From assembly GCA_020722205.1 (NCBI GenBank), contig DYLF01000003.1, positions 3,891 to 67,890 of the forward strand: a stretch of DNA of 64,000 nucleotides, in the 5' to 3' direction. The position numbers and the translations under genes were made by a program. The stretch is from Desulfobacca acetoxidans (GTDB lineage Bacteria; Desulfobacterota; Desulfobaccia; Desulfobaccales; 0-14-0-80-60-11). The notes under the pieces were generated by a model. That model was given only the letters and a program-made list of their open reading frames with translations, did not search any database and was not told the DNA's origin. The first letter of the stretch is position 1; every line of letters starts with the position of its first letter. This document shows, piece by piece, positions 1 to 8,909 of this stretch.

Positions 1-140
1 GTAGGTGGTGGGCCAAAGGCTAGGGACGAAGTTAGAGGGATAAAATATACTGTAAGGAACAAAATCTGACGCATTATAGATGCGGCTTTAAGCATAATCA
101 ATGGGAGGGTGAAATAGATTAACTACCACCCTCACCTTTA

Positions 141-240
141 CCTTCTCCCGCAAGGGAGAGGGGATTAAGGGAAGTTCAAGGGAGAAGGGGATTAAAGGCT
201 GACGCTCGCCCGCAAGAGAGAGGGAATTAAAGGAAGTTCC
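141..240. repeat. Degenerate tandem repeat: two ~37-nt units plus a half unit, with a CTCCC-GCAA-GGGAG-type hairpin (perfect in unit 1, degenerate in unit 2)
   Basis: 141-177 'ccttctcccgcaagggagaggggattaagggaagttc' versus 203-239 'cgctcgcccgcaagagagagggaattaaaggaagttc' gives 31/37 identities by hand alignment. 180-198 'gggagaaggggattaaagg' repeats the 3' half. 'tctcccgcaagggaga' is a perfect stem with a GCAA loop. Confidence 0.6.
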
Positions 241-309
241 TAAAGTTAATCAATTTATCGCCCTGAGTAATAAGTTTAAGTTTGAGAGCATAATAAAGTG
301 AGAGTCTTC

Positions 310-2565
310 ATGGGGAACCAGGGGGGCGGCACCACAAGGTCAGGGAGATGCATAAAGCTCCTGGTGGTGGTATATGGGGGCGGCGTCCTGGCGGGCCAGG
401 TAATAATCCTGCGGGAGGTGCTGGTGCTGTGCCAGGGGCAGGAGCTTAAGCTGGCGTTGGGACTATGGTGCTGGCTGATGTGTACCGGGATAGGGAGTCT
501 TGTGGGGGGGCGAATGACCAGGGGGAGGGTGCCGGGTATCAGCCATATGGGAGGGCTTTTGGCCCTGTTGGGCGTCATCTTGCCCGCCACGGTGATTACC
601 GCCCGGTTGTTGCCATTCTTGGCTTGGCTACCTCCGGGGCAATCCTTGCCGGTGCAAACGGCGATAGTTCTTTTCCTGATACTGTTAGCCCCTTTTGGTT
701 TGGTTTCGGGGGTCTTTTTCCCTTTGGCCTGCCAGACTCTGCGAGCCACCTCCCCACTGGCCGGGAGCGCTGGTCGCATCTATACATTGGAGACTCTAGG
801 GTCTGGGTTAGGTGTCTGCCTGGTGCAGATCTTGTTGGCGGGCCGGTATGATTCTCTGGCGGTGGGCATGGGGGCGGGGGCTGTGTTGATCATAAGCGCC
901 TGGCTTCTTTCCCTTCCTCACAGCCGGCTGGGACATGGCGGCTATGTGGTCAGCCTGACAGTTCTGCTGGCAGCTGGCATCTTGTTCTCCGCCTTGGACA
1001 AACAGTGTGGGCGCACCGCCCGGTGGCCGCGCCAAATGCTGGCCTCGGTGGACAGTCCCTATGCACGCCTGAGCGCCAGCCGAGAAGGAGAACAGGTAAG
1101 CTTTTTTGCCAATAATGTATGGCAGTTCACGGTACCGGATCCCTATCATGCTGAACATGGGGTGCACTTGGGGCTGGCACAGCATCCCCAGCCTCATGAG
1201 GTGCTCCTCCTTGGAGGGGGGGTGGGGGGGCTGGCGAGGGAAATCTTGAAAATCAAGGGCCTCAGGCGGCTGGACTATGTGGAACTGGACCCGGAACTGG
1301 TGAGGCTGGCCAAAAGGCTGCTGCCGCCTGAGGCCACCGGCTTCAGCCAAGACCCCCGGGTTGAGATTATTCATCAGGATGCCCGGCGTTTCCTGACGGA
1401 AACCCAACGTCGTTACGATGTCATTCTTATGAACTTGCCGGAGCCGACCAGCGCCCAGTTGAACCGGTTTTACACCCAGGAGTTTTTCCAGTCGGCAGCC
1501 CGGCATCTCTACCCCCAGGGAGTGTTCGGCTTCTCCCTGCCCGGGGCCGAGACCAGTCTCAATCCCTGGCGGGCTGCCTATCTGGCTCTCAGCTTAAACA
1601 CCTTGCGCCAGGTTTTTCCTGAGGTGGCGGTATTGCCGGGGGACAGGCTGCGATTTTTTGCGGCGTTGACTGCAGGGACTCTGATCAGGGAACCGGAGGC
1701 CATCACGGCGCGTCTGGAAGAACGCCGAGTTGAGTTGCAATATGTCCGTGAATATTATCTGCGCTATGATCTTTCCCCCCAGCGGCGGGAATTTGTCGAA
1801 GAAATTTTGAACCGTCAGGCAGTGGAGATCAACACTGACCTGAACCCCAGGAGTTACTTTTACGATCTGGCTCTCACCGGGGCCCGGGAAGGGTTGCCGC
1901 TGAGAGAGTTTTTACAGACCATGAAGAACCTGCCGGGGGCGCTGTTAGGAGCCGGGGTGATTATTGCCGCCTTGTTGTTGCTTTTGGTAAGGGGGCGAGG
2001 CGCGGGTGTGCCGTACCTGACTCAGGTAGTGGTTATGGGGGTAGGTACCATGGGTTTGGAGATATTGGTCATCATTCTTTATCAGATCAATTGGGGGGCT
2101 TTATACCAGCAACTGGGATTGTTAATTGCCGCTTTTATGGGCGGCATGGGTTTGGGAGGGGCCTGGGGGGTGCATCTGGCGGGGAAAGGACAGGCCAGGC
2201 GGTGGCATCTGGCGGGTCTGCAAGCCGGGCTGGGTGTGCTGGCCCTGTTGACGGCAGGAGTCTTTTCGGGGGCGGTGGGGTTGGCCTGGCAACCAGGGGA
2301 ATGGATGGCGATGGCAGGATATTTGTTGATAATGGCGCTAGCCGGCGGCGGCGGCGGGGCCATTTTTGCAGTGAGCGCTCAGTTATGGTATCAGAGCAGT
2401 GCTGCCACGGCCTGGAAAGACGGGATGCTCTATGCCGCCGACTTGGCCGGCGCCACCTTGGGAATCCTGGGCTGCAGCTTGCTGGTGATTCCGGTGTGGG
2501 GGATAGTAGCGGGACTTTGTACGCTGGCGGGGGTGCACTTACTGGCCGCGCTGCTCCTGGTGTAA
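310..2565 (+). CDS. Fused polytopic membrane / spermidine synthase-family (aminopropyltransferase-like) protein
   Basis: The central region has the SAM-MTase/spermidine-synthase motifs 'VLLLGGGVGGLAREILK', 'LDYVELDPELVRLAKR' and 'DVILMNLPEP'. It is flanked by multiple hydrophobic helices at the N- and C-termini. The start could be GTG 298 or ATG 310. Confidence 0.75.
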   Translation: MGNQGGGTTRSGRCIKLLVVVYGGGVLAGQVIILREVLVLCQGQELKLALGLWCWLMCTGIGSLVGGRMTRGRVPGISHMGGLLALLGVILPATVITARLLPFLAWLPPGQSLPVQTAIVLFLILLAPFGLVSGVFFPLACQTLRATSPLAGSAGRIYTLETLGSGLGVCLVQILLAGRYDSLAVGMGAGAVLIISAWLLSLPHSRLGHGGYVVSLTVLLAAGILFSALDKQCGRTARWPRQMLASVDSPYARLSASREGEQVSFFANNVWQFTVPDPYHAEHGVHLGLAQHPQPHEVLLLGGGVGGLAREILKIKGLRRLDYVELDPELVRLAKRLLPPEATGFSQDPRVEIIHQDARRFLTETQRRYDVILMNLPEPTSAQLNRFYTQEFFQSAARHLYPQGVFGFSLPGAETSLNPWRAAYLALSLNTLRQVFPEVAVLPGDRLRFFAALTAGTLIREPEAITARLEERRVELQYVREYYLRYDLSPQRREFVEEILNRQAVEINTDLNPRSYFYDLALTGAREGLPLREFLQTMKNLPGALLGAGVIIAALLLLLVRGRGAGVPYLTQVVVMGVGTMGLEILVIILYQINWGALYQQLGLLIAAFMGGMGLGGAWGVHLAGKGQARRWHLAGLQAGLGVLALLTAGVFSGAVGLAWQPGEWMAMAGYLLIMALAGGGGGAIFAVSAQLWYQSSAATAWKDGMLYAADLAGATLGILGCSLLVIPVWGIVAGLCTLAGVHLLAALLLV

Positions 2566-2764
2566 ACCCACAAAGCCACGGCGGTGAAGGCGAAGCCGGC
2601 CATACTGATGGCAAAGGATGCAAGGTGGTAGCTAAGTATAACGGACAGGAGGCGGGTTTGGTGAGTGGCAGCCGCAAAGTGAAAGCCGTAATCAGGAAAA
2701 CACTGGTATTAAGAAGAAAAACGTTTCATGGTTTATAATACCTGCCCCTTACAGGAATAATTGC

Positions 2765-3772
2765 TCAGTGATCAGTGACCGGCGAGGAGGGAGGCAGAAA
2801 CTCTTTTATTTCCCCCAGCCCTTGGGCCAGGGCAAGCTGGTAGACGGCAAAAGCCAGGGCCAGGTCCTGAATGATGAGGCCGGTGGAATCAAATACGGTT
2901 ATTTCGTTGGGGTGTTCCCGGCCGGGTTTCTTTCCGGCCACTACTTCTCCCAGAGAGGCGTGGATATGTCGGGAAGAGATCTTCCCTTGGGCCAGGGGGA
3001 CGTTGATTTCCCCGGAATGGCTGGCTTGGGCCCAATCGTCCACCACGATTTTGGCTTGCTGGAGGATGGCTGGGTCCAGCTCCTGTTTGCCGGCCGCGTC
3101 GGCGCCGATGGCATTGATATGAACACCGGTCGAGAGCCACTGCTGCTCTACCAAGGGGTAGCGGCTGGGGGTGGTGGTGACCAGGATGTCCATGTCCTGG
3201 ACGGCCTCGGCGGCAGTGGCCACCACTCTGGTCTTGACCTCAAAGTTTGCCGCCACTTCATGAGCCAGGCTCTGAGCCCGTGAGATATTACGGTTAAAGA
3301 TCACCACTTCCTTTATGGGTCGGACTTTCAAAATGGCGGCCACTTGGGTGCGGGCCTGTTGGCCGGCTCCGATGAGGCCCAGGCGGGTGGAGTTTTCCCG
3401 GGAGAGACAGCGGGCTGCGAGGCCGCCGGCGGCGCCGGTGCGGTAATTGGTGATGAGGGTGCCGTCCAGGTCGGCCCATTCCAGGCCGGTGTCGGGATCA
3501 TTGAGCAGGATTTTGGCCATGACGGTGGGCAGTCGGCGGGACGGATTTTGGGGGTGGACATTGACCCACTTCAAGCCGCAGAGGTGGATGTCGTTCAGAA
3601 AGATTTCTCCGTACATGGCGCGGAAGTCCCCTTTGGGCAGGGTAAGATAAGCTTTGGGGGGCATGTTTACGCGGCCTTGCCCATAAGCCTGAAAGGCCTG
3701 TTGGGCGGCGTCCAGTGCCAGATTCATGTCCAAGACCTGGCTGATTTCGGCGGCGGTTAGGATAAGAGTCAT
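2765..3772 (-). CDS. Ornithine cyclodeaminase / mu-crystallin family protein
   Basis: Family-typical N-terminus 'MTLILTAAEISQVLDM..AL..AF' and Rossmann motif 'LGLIGAGQQARTQ'. ATG 3772 is preceded by GGGAGG. Confidence 0.8.
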   Translation of the reverse strand: MTLILTAAEISQVLDMNLALDAAQQAFQAYGQGRVNMPPKAYLTLPKGDFRAMYGEIFLNDIHLCGLKWVNVHPQNPSRRLPTVMAKILLNDPDTGLEWADLDGTLITNYRTGAAGGLAARCLSRENSTRLGLIGAGQQARTQVAAILKVRPIKEVVIFNRNISRAQSLAHEVAANFEVKTRVVATAAEAVQDMDILVTTTPSRYPLVEQQWLSTGVHINAIGADAAGKQELDPAILQQAKIVVDDWAQASHSGEINVPLAQGKISSRHIHASLGEVVAGKKPGREHPNEITVFDSTGLIIQDLALAFAVYQLALAQGLGEIKEFLPPSSPVTDH

Positions 3773-3804
3773 GGAACCTCCCTGCAATCAGGGGTCAGTG
3801 GCCG

Positions 3805-4647
3805 TTATTTACTGCTCAGAGCAGCCAAATCCTGGGCCCGCCAGGCAGCGGCTTCCACGGCATTCATGACCAGTCCGCGAAAACCGCCCTGCTCGAGGGC
3901 GTGAAGTCCGGCGATGGTGGTGCCTCCTGGAGAAGCCACTTGATCCTTCAGGATTCCAGGATGCAGGCCTTTTTCCTGGCAGAGTTTGGCCGTTCCGAGG
4001 AGGGTTTGGACGGCCAGCTCCATGGCCAGGGTACGGGGCAGGCCCATTTTGACGCCGCCATCCGCCAAGGCTTCCAGAAACAGGGCCACATAGGCCGGGC
4101 CGCTACCGCTGAGGGCGGTCACTGCGTCGAAAAGCTTTTCTTCCACCAGTAAAGCCCGGCCCAAGGCATTGAACAGGGTGAGGGTCAGTTGCAGATCCTG
4201 GGGTGTGGCTCGTGTTCCTGGGGCGACGGCGGTCATGCCTGCCTGGACTTGCAAAGGGGTATTGGGCATCACCCGGATCAGGCGCGCCTGGGACAAGGTG
4301 CCTTCCAAGGCGGCCAAGGGGAAACCTGCCACGATGGAGATCAGCAGGTGGCGGCTTAGAGCCAGGTCTTTGAGGGCCTTCAGAACTTCGCCAACCACCT
4401 GTGGTTTCACCGCCAGGATTACCACCTCAGCCTGCATGACCTCGGCATAATTGGCAGCAGCTTTGAGTCCCAGGGCTGCCAGTTCCTGCCGGCGTTTTGG
4501 ATCCGGATCCAGAAAGCTGAGCTTTTGCGGGGCAGCCAGTCCTGCCGCCAGCAAGCCGCGCATCATGGCGGCGCCCATCTGGCCGGCGCCGATAAAGCCG
4601 AGATTTACAGGCGACCAGGGTTCGGTTATCTCTGCAGTCATTGACAT
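3805..4647 (-). CDS. proC: Pyrroline-5-carboxylate reductase
   Basis: 'LGFIGAGQMGAAMMRGL', 'VRVMPNTP' and 'VASPGGTTIAGL' are classic ProC motifs. Confidence 0.9.
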   Translation of the reverse strand: MSMTAEITEPWSPVNLGFIGAGQMGAAMMRGLLAAGLAAPQKLSFLDPDPKRRQELAALGLKAAANYAEVMQAEVVILAVKPQVVGEVLKALKDLALSRHLLISIVAGFPLAALEGTLSQARLIRVMPNTPLQVQAGMTAVAPGTRATPQDLQLTLTLFNALGRALLVEEKLFDAVTALSGSGPAYVALFLEALADGGVKMGLPRTLAMELAVQTLLGTAKLCQEKGLHPGILKDQVASPGGTTIAGLHALEQGGFRGLVMNAVEAAAWRAQDLAALSSK

Positions 4648-4690
4648 TTGCTCCGGAGACAGTCATATTGTGAGATGTCGATATTCTGCC

Positions 4691-4712
4691 ATATTTGCAT
4701 ATATTTGCATAT
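4691..4712. promoter_or_regulatory. Exact tandem decamer (ATATTTGCAT x2, plus AT) in the divergent proC/pdxA intergenic region; possible operator
   Basis: 4691-4700 and 4701-4710 are both 'atatttgcat'. The site lies 23 nt upstream of the pdxA ATG (4735). Confidence 0.3.
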
Positions 4713-4734
4713 GAGAAAATTATTAATCTGAAAG

Positions 4735-5760
4735 ATGATGATTGAGGTAAATAAGCGGCCGATACTGGCCATAACCATGGGCGATCCGGTGGGGGTAGGG
4801 CCGGAGATAGTGGTGCAGGCGTTAACCGGTGGCGAGGTTTACGAGTTTTGCCGGCCTTTGGTTTTAGGGGACCGCCTGGCTTTGGAGCAGGCCAGGGGTA
4901 TACTTGGCCTCGAAGTGGACATCCATTTAGTAACTGAGCCGGCTGAGGGAAGCTATCGCCTGGGAGCGCTTGATCTTTTGCCCCTTTCTGAACTCAGCCG
5001 GGAGGATCTGCGTCCCGGGCAGCCTACGGCGGCTGGTGGAGCCGCCATGGTCTCCTATATAATTACGGCCATCGAGCTGGCCAGGCGAGGAGCAGTCGCC
5101 GGCATAGTCACTGGGCCCATCAGCAAACAGGCCATGCACCTGGCAGGTTACCGCTATCCGGGTCATACCGAGCTTTTGGCCGAGCGCAGCGGGGCGTCGG
5201 AGGTGGCCATGATGCTGGCGGGCGGCAATTTTCGGGTGGTGCTGGCCACTATCCATTGCCCGCTGGCGGAGGTAGCCGGCCGCCTGCACCCGGACAGGCT
5301 GGTTGACCTTTTCCGCCTCACCTGTCGAGCCTTGGCTCAGGATTTCGGCTTGGTGAAACCGGAGGTGGGGGTGGCGGCCCTCAACCCCCATGCCGGTGAA
5401 GGCGGGTTATTCGGTGGTGAGGAGGCGGAGATTATCGCGCCGGCGGTGCGACGAGTTCAGGGAGAAGGGCTGGCGGTATATGGTCCCTATCCGGCGGACA
5501 CCCTTTTCTGGCGACATCAGCAGGGGGAATTTGACGCCGTGGTCTGCATGTATCACGATCAAGGGCTTATCCCTTTAAAACTTCTGCACTTTATGGATGC
5601 CGTGAACGTTACTTTGGGGCTGCCCATTATCCGCACCTCGGTGGATCACGGCACTGCTTATGAGCTGGCCGGCAAAGGCTTGGCCAATCCGGGTTCTCTC
5701 AAGGCCGCCCTTCTGATGGCTGCGCAAATAGCCCGGAGAAAGATGGTCATGAACCGGTGA
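4735..5760 (+). CDS. pdxA: 4-hydroxythreonine-4-phosphate dehydrogenase
   Basis: 'ILAITMGDPVGVGPEI', 'GHTELLA', 'LNPHAGE' and 'YHDQGLIP..TSVDHGTA'. Confidence 0.9.
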   Translation: MMIEVNKRPILAITMGDPVGVGPEIVVQALTGGEVYEFCRPLVLGDRLALEQARGILGLEVDIHLVTEPAEGSYRLGALDLLPLSELSREDLRPGQPTAAGGAAMVSYIITAIELARRGAVAGIVTGPISKQAMHLAGYRYPGHTELLAERSGASEVAMMLAGGNFRVVLATIHCPLAEVAGRLHPDRLVDLFRLTCRALAQDFGLVKPEVGVAALNPHAGEGGLFGGEEAEIIAPAVRRVQGEGLAVYGPYPADTLFWRHQQGEFDAVVCMYHDQGLIPLKLLHFMDAVNVTLGLPIIRTSVDHGTAYELAGKGLANPGSLKAALLMAAQIARRKMVMNR

Positions 5761-5785
5761 ATCGAGAGGGAAGGATAATTAAGGC

Positions 5786-6886
5786 ATGCCGACAAGATCG
5801 CGCCGGAAGAAGCAGGATCTGAGCGCTGTTCTCAGAATCTCCACGCTGATCAACTCCTCTCTGGAAATGGAGGCGGTTTTGGATAATGCCATGCACGGGG
5901 TGGAAGAGTTGCTGAACGCCGAGGCCAGCGCCATCTGGGGGATTGATGCCGAGCGGGAGGAACTTTTTTTCCAATTGGCCCGGGGTGAAAGCGCCGATCG
6001 GGTCAAAGAGCTGCGCCTGAAGATGGGCGAAGGGGTTGTGGGTTGGGTGGCCCAAAGGGGTCAACCCCTGATTATCCCGGATACTTCCCTAGATCCCCGT
6101 TTCTCCCAACGGGTGGATGCAGAGTCCGGTTTCAAAACCCGCTCCATTATGTGTGTGCCTTTGAGTCACCAAGGCCACCTGGTGGGAGTCCTGGAGGTCC
6201 TGAACAAGAAAACCGCCGGTGGGTTCACTGATGAGGACCTGGGTTTTCTCACCCTGTTGGGCAATCAGATTGCCACAGCAATGGAGAACGCCAAATCTCA
6301 CGGCCGGATTCAGCGCCTTTTTCAGCAGGTGGTTAATGCACTGTCGGTAACGGCGGAGATGAGGGACCCTTACACTGCCGGCCATCAGCACCGGGTCACT
6401 CAATTGGCCTGCGCCATTGCCCGGGACATGGGTTTGCCGGACGAGCAGGTGGCTGCCATTAACATTGCCGGGCTGCTCCACGACATCGGCAAGATTGTGG
6501 TGCCGGCCGAGATTTTGGCCAAACCCGGGCGGCTCAGCGAGCTGGAGTTGGGGCTGATCAAGACCCACTCCCGCATCGGCTATGAGATCCTGCGGAGCAT
6601 AGAATTTCCCTGGCGCATTGCCGAGATGGTGCGTCAGCACCATGAGATGCTGGACGGCACGGGTTACCCCGACGGTCTGAAGGGGGAGGAGATTTTGTTG
6701 GAGGCGAGAATCATTGCGGTGGCGGACGTGGTGGAGGCAATCTCCTCCCATCGGCCTTACCGGCCCTCCCTGGGGACCGAAACGGCTTTTGAGGAGATCA
6801 GCAGCAAGTCCGGGATAAAGTATGATCCCCAGGTGGTGGAGGTCTGTCTGCGTCTGTTCAAAGAAAAAGGTTTTGCCTTTGCCTGA
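5786..6886 (+). CDS. GAF domain / HD-GYP domain protein (putative c-di-GMP phosphodiesterase)
   Basis: N-terminal GAF-like region ('GVVGWVAQRGQPLIIPD'). C-terminal 'LLHDIGK' and 'HHEMLDGTGYP' form the HD-GYP signature. Confidence 0.85.
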   Translation: MPTRSRRKKQDLSAVLRISTLINSSLEMEAVLDNAMHGVEELLNAEASAIWGIDAEREELFFQLARGESADRVKELRLKMGEGVVGWVAQRGQPLIIPDTSLDPRFSQRVDAESGFKTRSIMCVPLSHQGHLVGVLEVLNKKTAGGFTDEDLGFLTLLGNQIATAMENAKSHGRIQRLFQQVVNALSVTAEMRDPYTAGHQHRVTQLACAIARDMGLPDEQVAAINIAGLLHDIGKIVVPAEILAKPGRLSELELGLIKTHSRIGYEILRSIEFPWRIAEMVRQHHEMLDGTGYPDGLKGEEILLEARIIAVADVVEAISSHRPYRPSLGTETAFEEISSKSGIKYDPQVVEVCLRLFKEKGFAFA

Positions 6887-6892
6887 GAATGC

Positions 6893-7855
6893 TCAGGTCC
6901 GATAAGGATTCTTCCCCTGGTGGGGAGCGCTGAGGAACTTTTCCAGGTCGGCGCGGTTTTGGATGTTGATGAAGTGCTCCGGGGGCTCCTGGGGCAAAAT
7001 TTTTTTGACCAGCCCGGTGAGGACGTTTTTGGGTCCCACCTCCACCCAGGTATCGATGCCGGTTTGCTTTAAATTGAGGATAAGCTCAGCCCAGCGTACT
7101 TGCGAGGTGAGCTGCCGGGCCATGGCTTCACGCAGGTGATCCGGGTCAGTCTCCGAAGCGGCGGTGGCGTTTAAATACAGGGGCAAGCGGGGGGCGCGAA
7201 AGCGGCAGGCGGCCAGGACGGCGGCAAAATCCTCATAGGCCCCGGCCATCAGCGGAGAGTGCCAGGCGCCCGACACTTTCAAGGGCACCGCCCGGGCCTT
7301 CACGCTTTTGACCAATTCCACGGCCTTGGCCACCATCTCCGGAGAGCCGGAAATGACCGTTTGCTCAGGGGTGTTGAAGTTGGCCAACGCCAAAGGGCCC
7401 ACTGGCACCAAGGGAGCGAGCAGGTCCGCCAGCTTGGCCGGTTCCAGACCGATGACCGCCGCCATGGCGCCGGGATATTTGCCGGCTTCCCGATGCATGA
7501 GGCGGCCGCGCTCCCGCACGGCTGTCAAGGTATCGGCGGCGTCCAGAACTCCGGCGGCATAGAGAGCGCTGTATTCTCCTAAACTATGGCCGCAGACTGC
7601 GGTGGGGACGACCTCGGCGGCGGTCAGGGCCTCGTACAGGCAGAGATTGACCACGGTGACAGCCGGTTGGAGATTCACCGTTTTGGTGAGCTCCTCCATG
7701 GGCCCTGCAAAACACAAACGCTTGATAGGCAGAGCGGTGATTTCCTCCGCCAAGTCAAACAGTTCCCTGGCCTTTGGTGCGGCATCATAGAGATCCTTGC
7801 CCATGCCTACATATTGGGAACCTTGACCAGGAAAAAGAAAAGCTGTCGTGGGCAT
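6893..7855 (-). CDS. fabD: Malonyl-CoA:ACP transacylase
   Basis: 'FLFPGQGSQYVGMG' and the active-site motif 'GHSLGEYSAL'. Confidence 0.9.
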   Translation of the reverse strand: MPTTAFLFPGQGSQYVGMGKDLYDAAPKARELFDLAEEITALPIKRLCFAGPMEELTKTVNLQPAVTVVNLCLYEALTAAEVVPTAVCGHSLGEYSALYAAGVLDAADTLTAVRERGRLMHREAGKYPGAMAAVIGLEPAKLADLLAPLVPVGPLALANFNTPEQTVISGSPEMVAKAVELVKSVKARAVPLKVSGAWHSPLMAGAYEDFAAVLAACRFRAPRLPLYLNATAASETDPDHLREAMARQLTSQVRWAELILNLKQTGIDTWVEVGPKNVLTGLVKKILPQEPPEHFINIQNRADLEKFLSAPHQGKNPYRT

Positions 7856-7951
7856 AATAACTCCTTAGAGATAGGGTTGCTATGAATTGATTTGACAAAA
7901 TAGGCATTGTTCTGAGCAATAAACAATATTCATCGATAACTGGTCATTGAA

Positions 7952-8743
7952 TCAAAGTCCCAAGTACGTCTGGCGGATGTCGTCGTTTTTCAGGAGCTGG
8001 CGGGGGTCGCCATGGAGCCAGATTTTGCCGTGGGCCAAAACATAGGCGTAATCGCTGACGGCCAGGGCCATGGCGACGTTTTGTTCCACCAGGAGCATGG
8101 TAAGGCCAGCCTCCTTGAGACGGGTAAGGGATTCAAAAAGGTTAAGAGCCATAATCGGGGACAGGCCCAGGGAAAGTTCATCGATGAGGAGGATTTTCGG
8201 CTGGGCCATCAGACCCCGGGATACGGCCAGCATCTGCTGCTCGCCGCCGCTCAGGGAGCTGACCTTTTGGTGGCGCCGTTCCGCCAACCGGGGGAACATA
8301 GCAAAGACTTTCTCCAGATTTTCTCTATAATGTGCGTGAGCCCGCTTGGAGAAGGCTCCCAACTCCAGATTTTCGAGGACGGTCATTTCTGTAAAAAGTT
8401 GTCGTCCTTCGGGCACCAGGACCATACCGAGTTTAGCCCGGGAATGGGGGGAATTCCGGGTCAGGTCCCGCCCCAGGAAGGTGACACGGCCAGCCCAAGG
8501 GCGCAAGAGACCCATCACGGCGCGCAGCAAGGTGGTTTTGCCGACCCCGTTCGAGCCCAGCAAGGTGGTGAGTTTGCCCTTCTCTAAGGTTAGACTTACT
8601 CCCCACAGGATCTGCACATCAGCGTACCCTGTGGTCAGATCGCTGACGGCGAGCCAGGGGTGTAGGCGGTTATCAGTGTCCTGTTCTCTATTTTCTCTTA
8701 CCGGTGAGTCAGTCACTGGCTTGGTTTCCCCCCGCCGGGTCAA
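7952..8743 (-). CDS. livF: Branched-chain amino acid ABC transporter ATP-binding protein (LivF type) with an N-terminal extension
   Basis: Walker A 'GSNGVGKTT', signature 'LSGGEQQMLA' and Walker B 'LLIDELS'. No canonical start lies close to the conserved core, so there is a 25-35 aa extension. The start is TTG 8743 or GTG 8716. Confidence 0.8.
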   Translation of the reverse strand: MTRRGETKPVTDSPVRENREQDTDNRLHPWLAVSDLTTGYADVQILWGVSLTLEKGKLTTLLGSNGVGKTTLLRAVMGLLRPWAGRVTFLGRDLTRNSPHSRAKLGMVLVPEGRQLFTEMTVLENLELGAFSKRAHAHYRENLEKVFAMFPRLAERRHQKVSSLSGGEQQMLAVSRGLMAQPKILLIDELSLGLSPIMALNLFESLTRLKEAGLTMLLVEQNVAMALAVSDYAYVLAHGKIWLHGDPRQLLKNDDIRQTYLGL

Positions 8744-8909
8744 TATATCTTACCAGTCATTAAGACCGAGAATTTGTCACAGCTATAATTTACAGTCTAA
8801 CGCCGAGCCCGGAGAGCCAGACAATTTTTGGATGGCTGGCCGTTGAGTGCTGAAAGCTATAAGATAATCAAGGTGATTTTCACCTAAAAAATGAAAAAAG
8901 AAGAGGCCA

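Noticed and set aside
141-240. Possible CRISPR array fragment
   Set aside because: There are only 2.5 degenerate copies with no regular repeat-spacer periodicity. The units abut each other, and no cas genes occur anywhere in the window.
2566-2764. Possible small membrane-protein ORF on the minus strand between the spermidine-synthase fusion and the OCD gene
   Set aside because: The hydrophobic-looking frame has no start codon within the intergenic region. It would need a long overlap with the 755-aa gene, so it is most likely chance.
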